A program made the translations under genes and the position numbers. 64,000 nucleotides of DNA. Source: Clostridia bacterium (lineage in GTDB: Bacteria > Bacillota > Clostridia > Oscillospirales > CAG-272). Below the pieces are notes generated by a model that saw only the letters and a program-made list of their open reading frames with translations, had not been told where the DNA came from and searched no databases. The stretch lies in the NCBI GenBank assembly GCA_017461745.1, contig JAFTXE010000018.1:564-64563 (forward strand), read 5' to 3'. Of the stretch, positions 63,819 through 64,000 are shown piece by piece (within the stretch, counting starts at the first letter, position 1; every line of letters begins with the position of its first letter).

Positions 63819-64000
63819 TCCTGCTCACCTCCCTTGTTCTGTGATTGGTATACTTCACGGTATATGGGGCTGATATTGAGCAGCTCCTCGTGTGTTCCTA
63901 CGGATTCTATCCTTCCGCCGTCCATAACTATTATCTTATCGGCGTGCTCAACCGAGGAGATACGCTGAGCGATTATTATTTTCGTTGTGTCGGGGATTTC
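63815..64000 (-). CDS. ABC exporter ATPase C-terminus (partial, runs off the window)
   Basis: Hand translation EIPDTTKIIIAQRISSVEHADKIIVMDGGRIESVGTHEELL...*; stop overlaps the next start (ATGA). Confidence 0.8.
   Translation of the reverse strand, partial: EIPDTTKIIIAQRISSVEHADKIIVMDGGRIESVGTHEELLNISPIYREVYQSQNKGGEQE

Overview
This 64-kb chromosomal window looks like a Clostridia-type (Firmicutes, anaerobic) genome. It has consensus sigma-A promoters (TTGACA-17-TATAAT), AGGAG-type RBSs, rho-independent terminators and a PFOR gene. I count about 60 protein genes, 2 tRNAs (Leu-UAA and initiator Met) and one degenerate tRNA remnant. I saw no rRNA, no CRISPR array and no transposase.

Housekeeping blocks:
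- MarR + acyl-CoA synthetase + FakB/FakA-like pair (3-8 kb)
- metY-metA-radical SAM (23.4-26.5 kb)
- NCS2 purine permease
- pyruvate:ferredoxin oxidoreductase (34.8-38.3 kb)
- PduL-SGNH-NifU-like-GGGtGRT operon (53.4-56.4 kb)
- activase/dehydratase pair (57.5-61.7 kb)
- ABC exporter pair (61.9-64 kb)

A glycan-related block lies at 9.9-19.5 kb. It holds a lipoprotein operon with an orphan solute-binding protein and EEP phosphoesterases, an SGNH esterase and a GH78 rhamnosidase. A DUF4965-type hydrolase sits at 26.9-29.0 kb.

The accessory region is 40.8-53.5 kb. Four nested copies of the 3' end plus terminator of the GGGtGRT gene mark successive insertions. The innermost segment (47.4-53.5 kb) still carries a tyrosine integrase, an Xis-like HTH, a serine recombinase and a collagen-like/LRR lipoprotein.

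Most notable non-coding signals:
- Two homologous leader cassettes (promoter - inverted repeat - hairpin block - inverted repeat - conserved 17-mer - terminator) precede two unrelated AT-rich surface/membrane genes, at 23.05-23.31 kb and 47.77-48.08 kb.
- A phased array of eight 9-mers separated by mini-hairpins lies at 47.20-47.37 kb.
- Several families of modular palindromic intergenic repeats sit right after stop codons or bracket operons.

All functional calls come from motif recognition by eye. No database search was possible.
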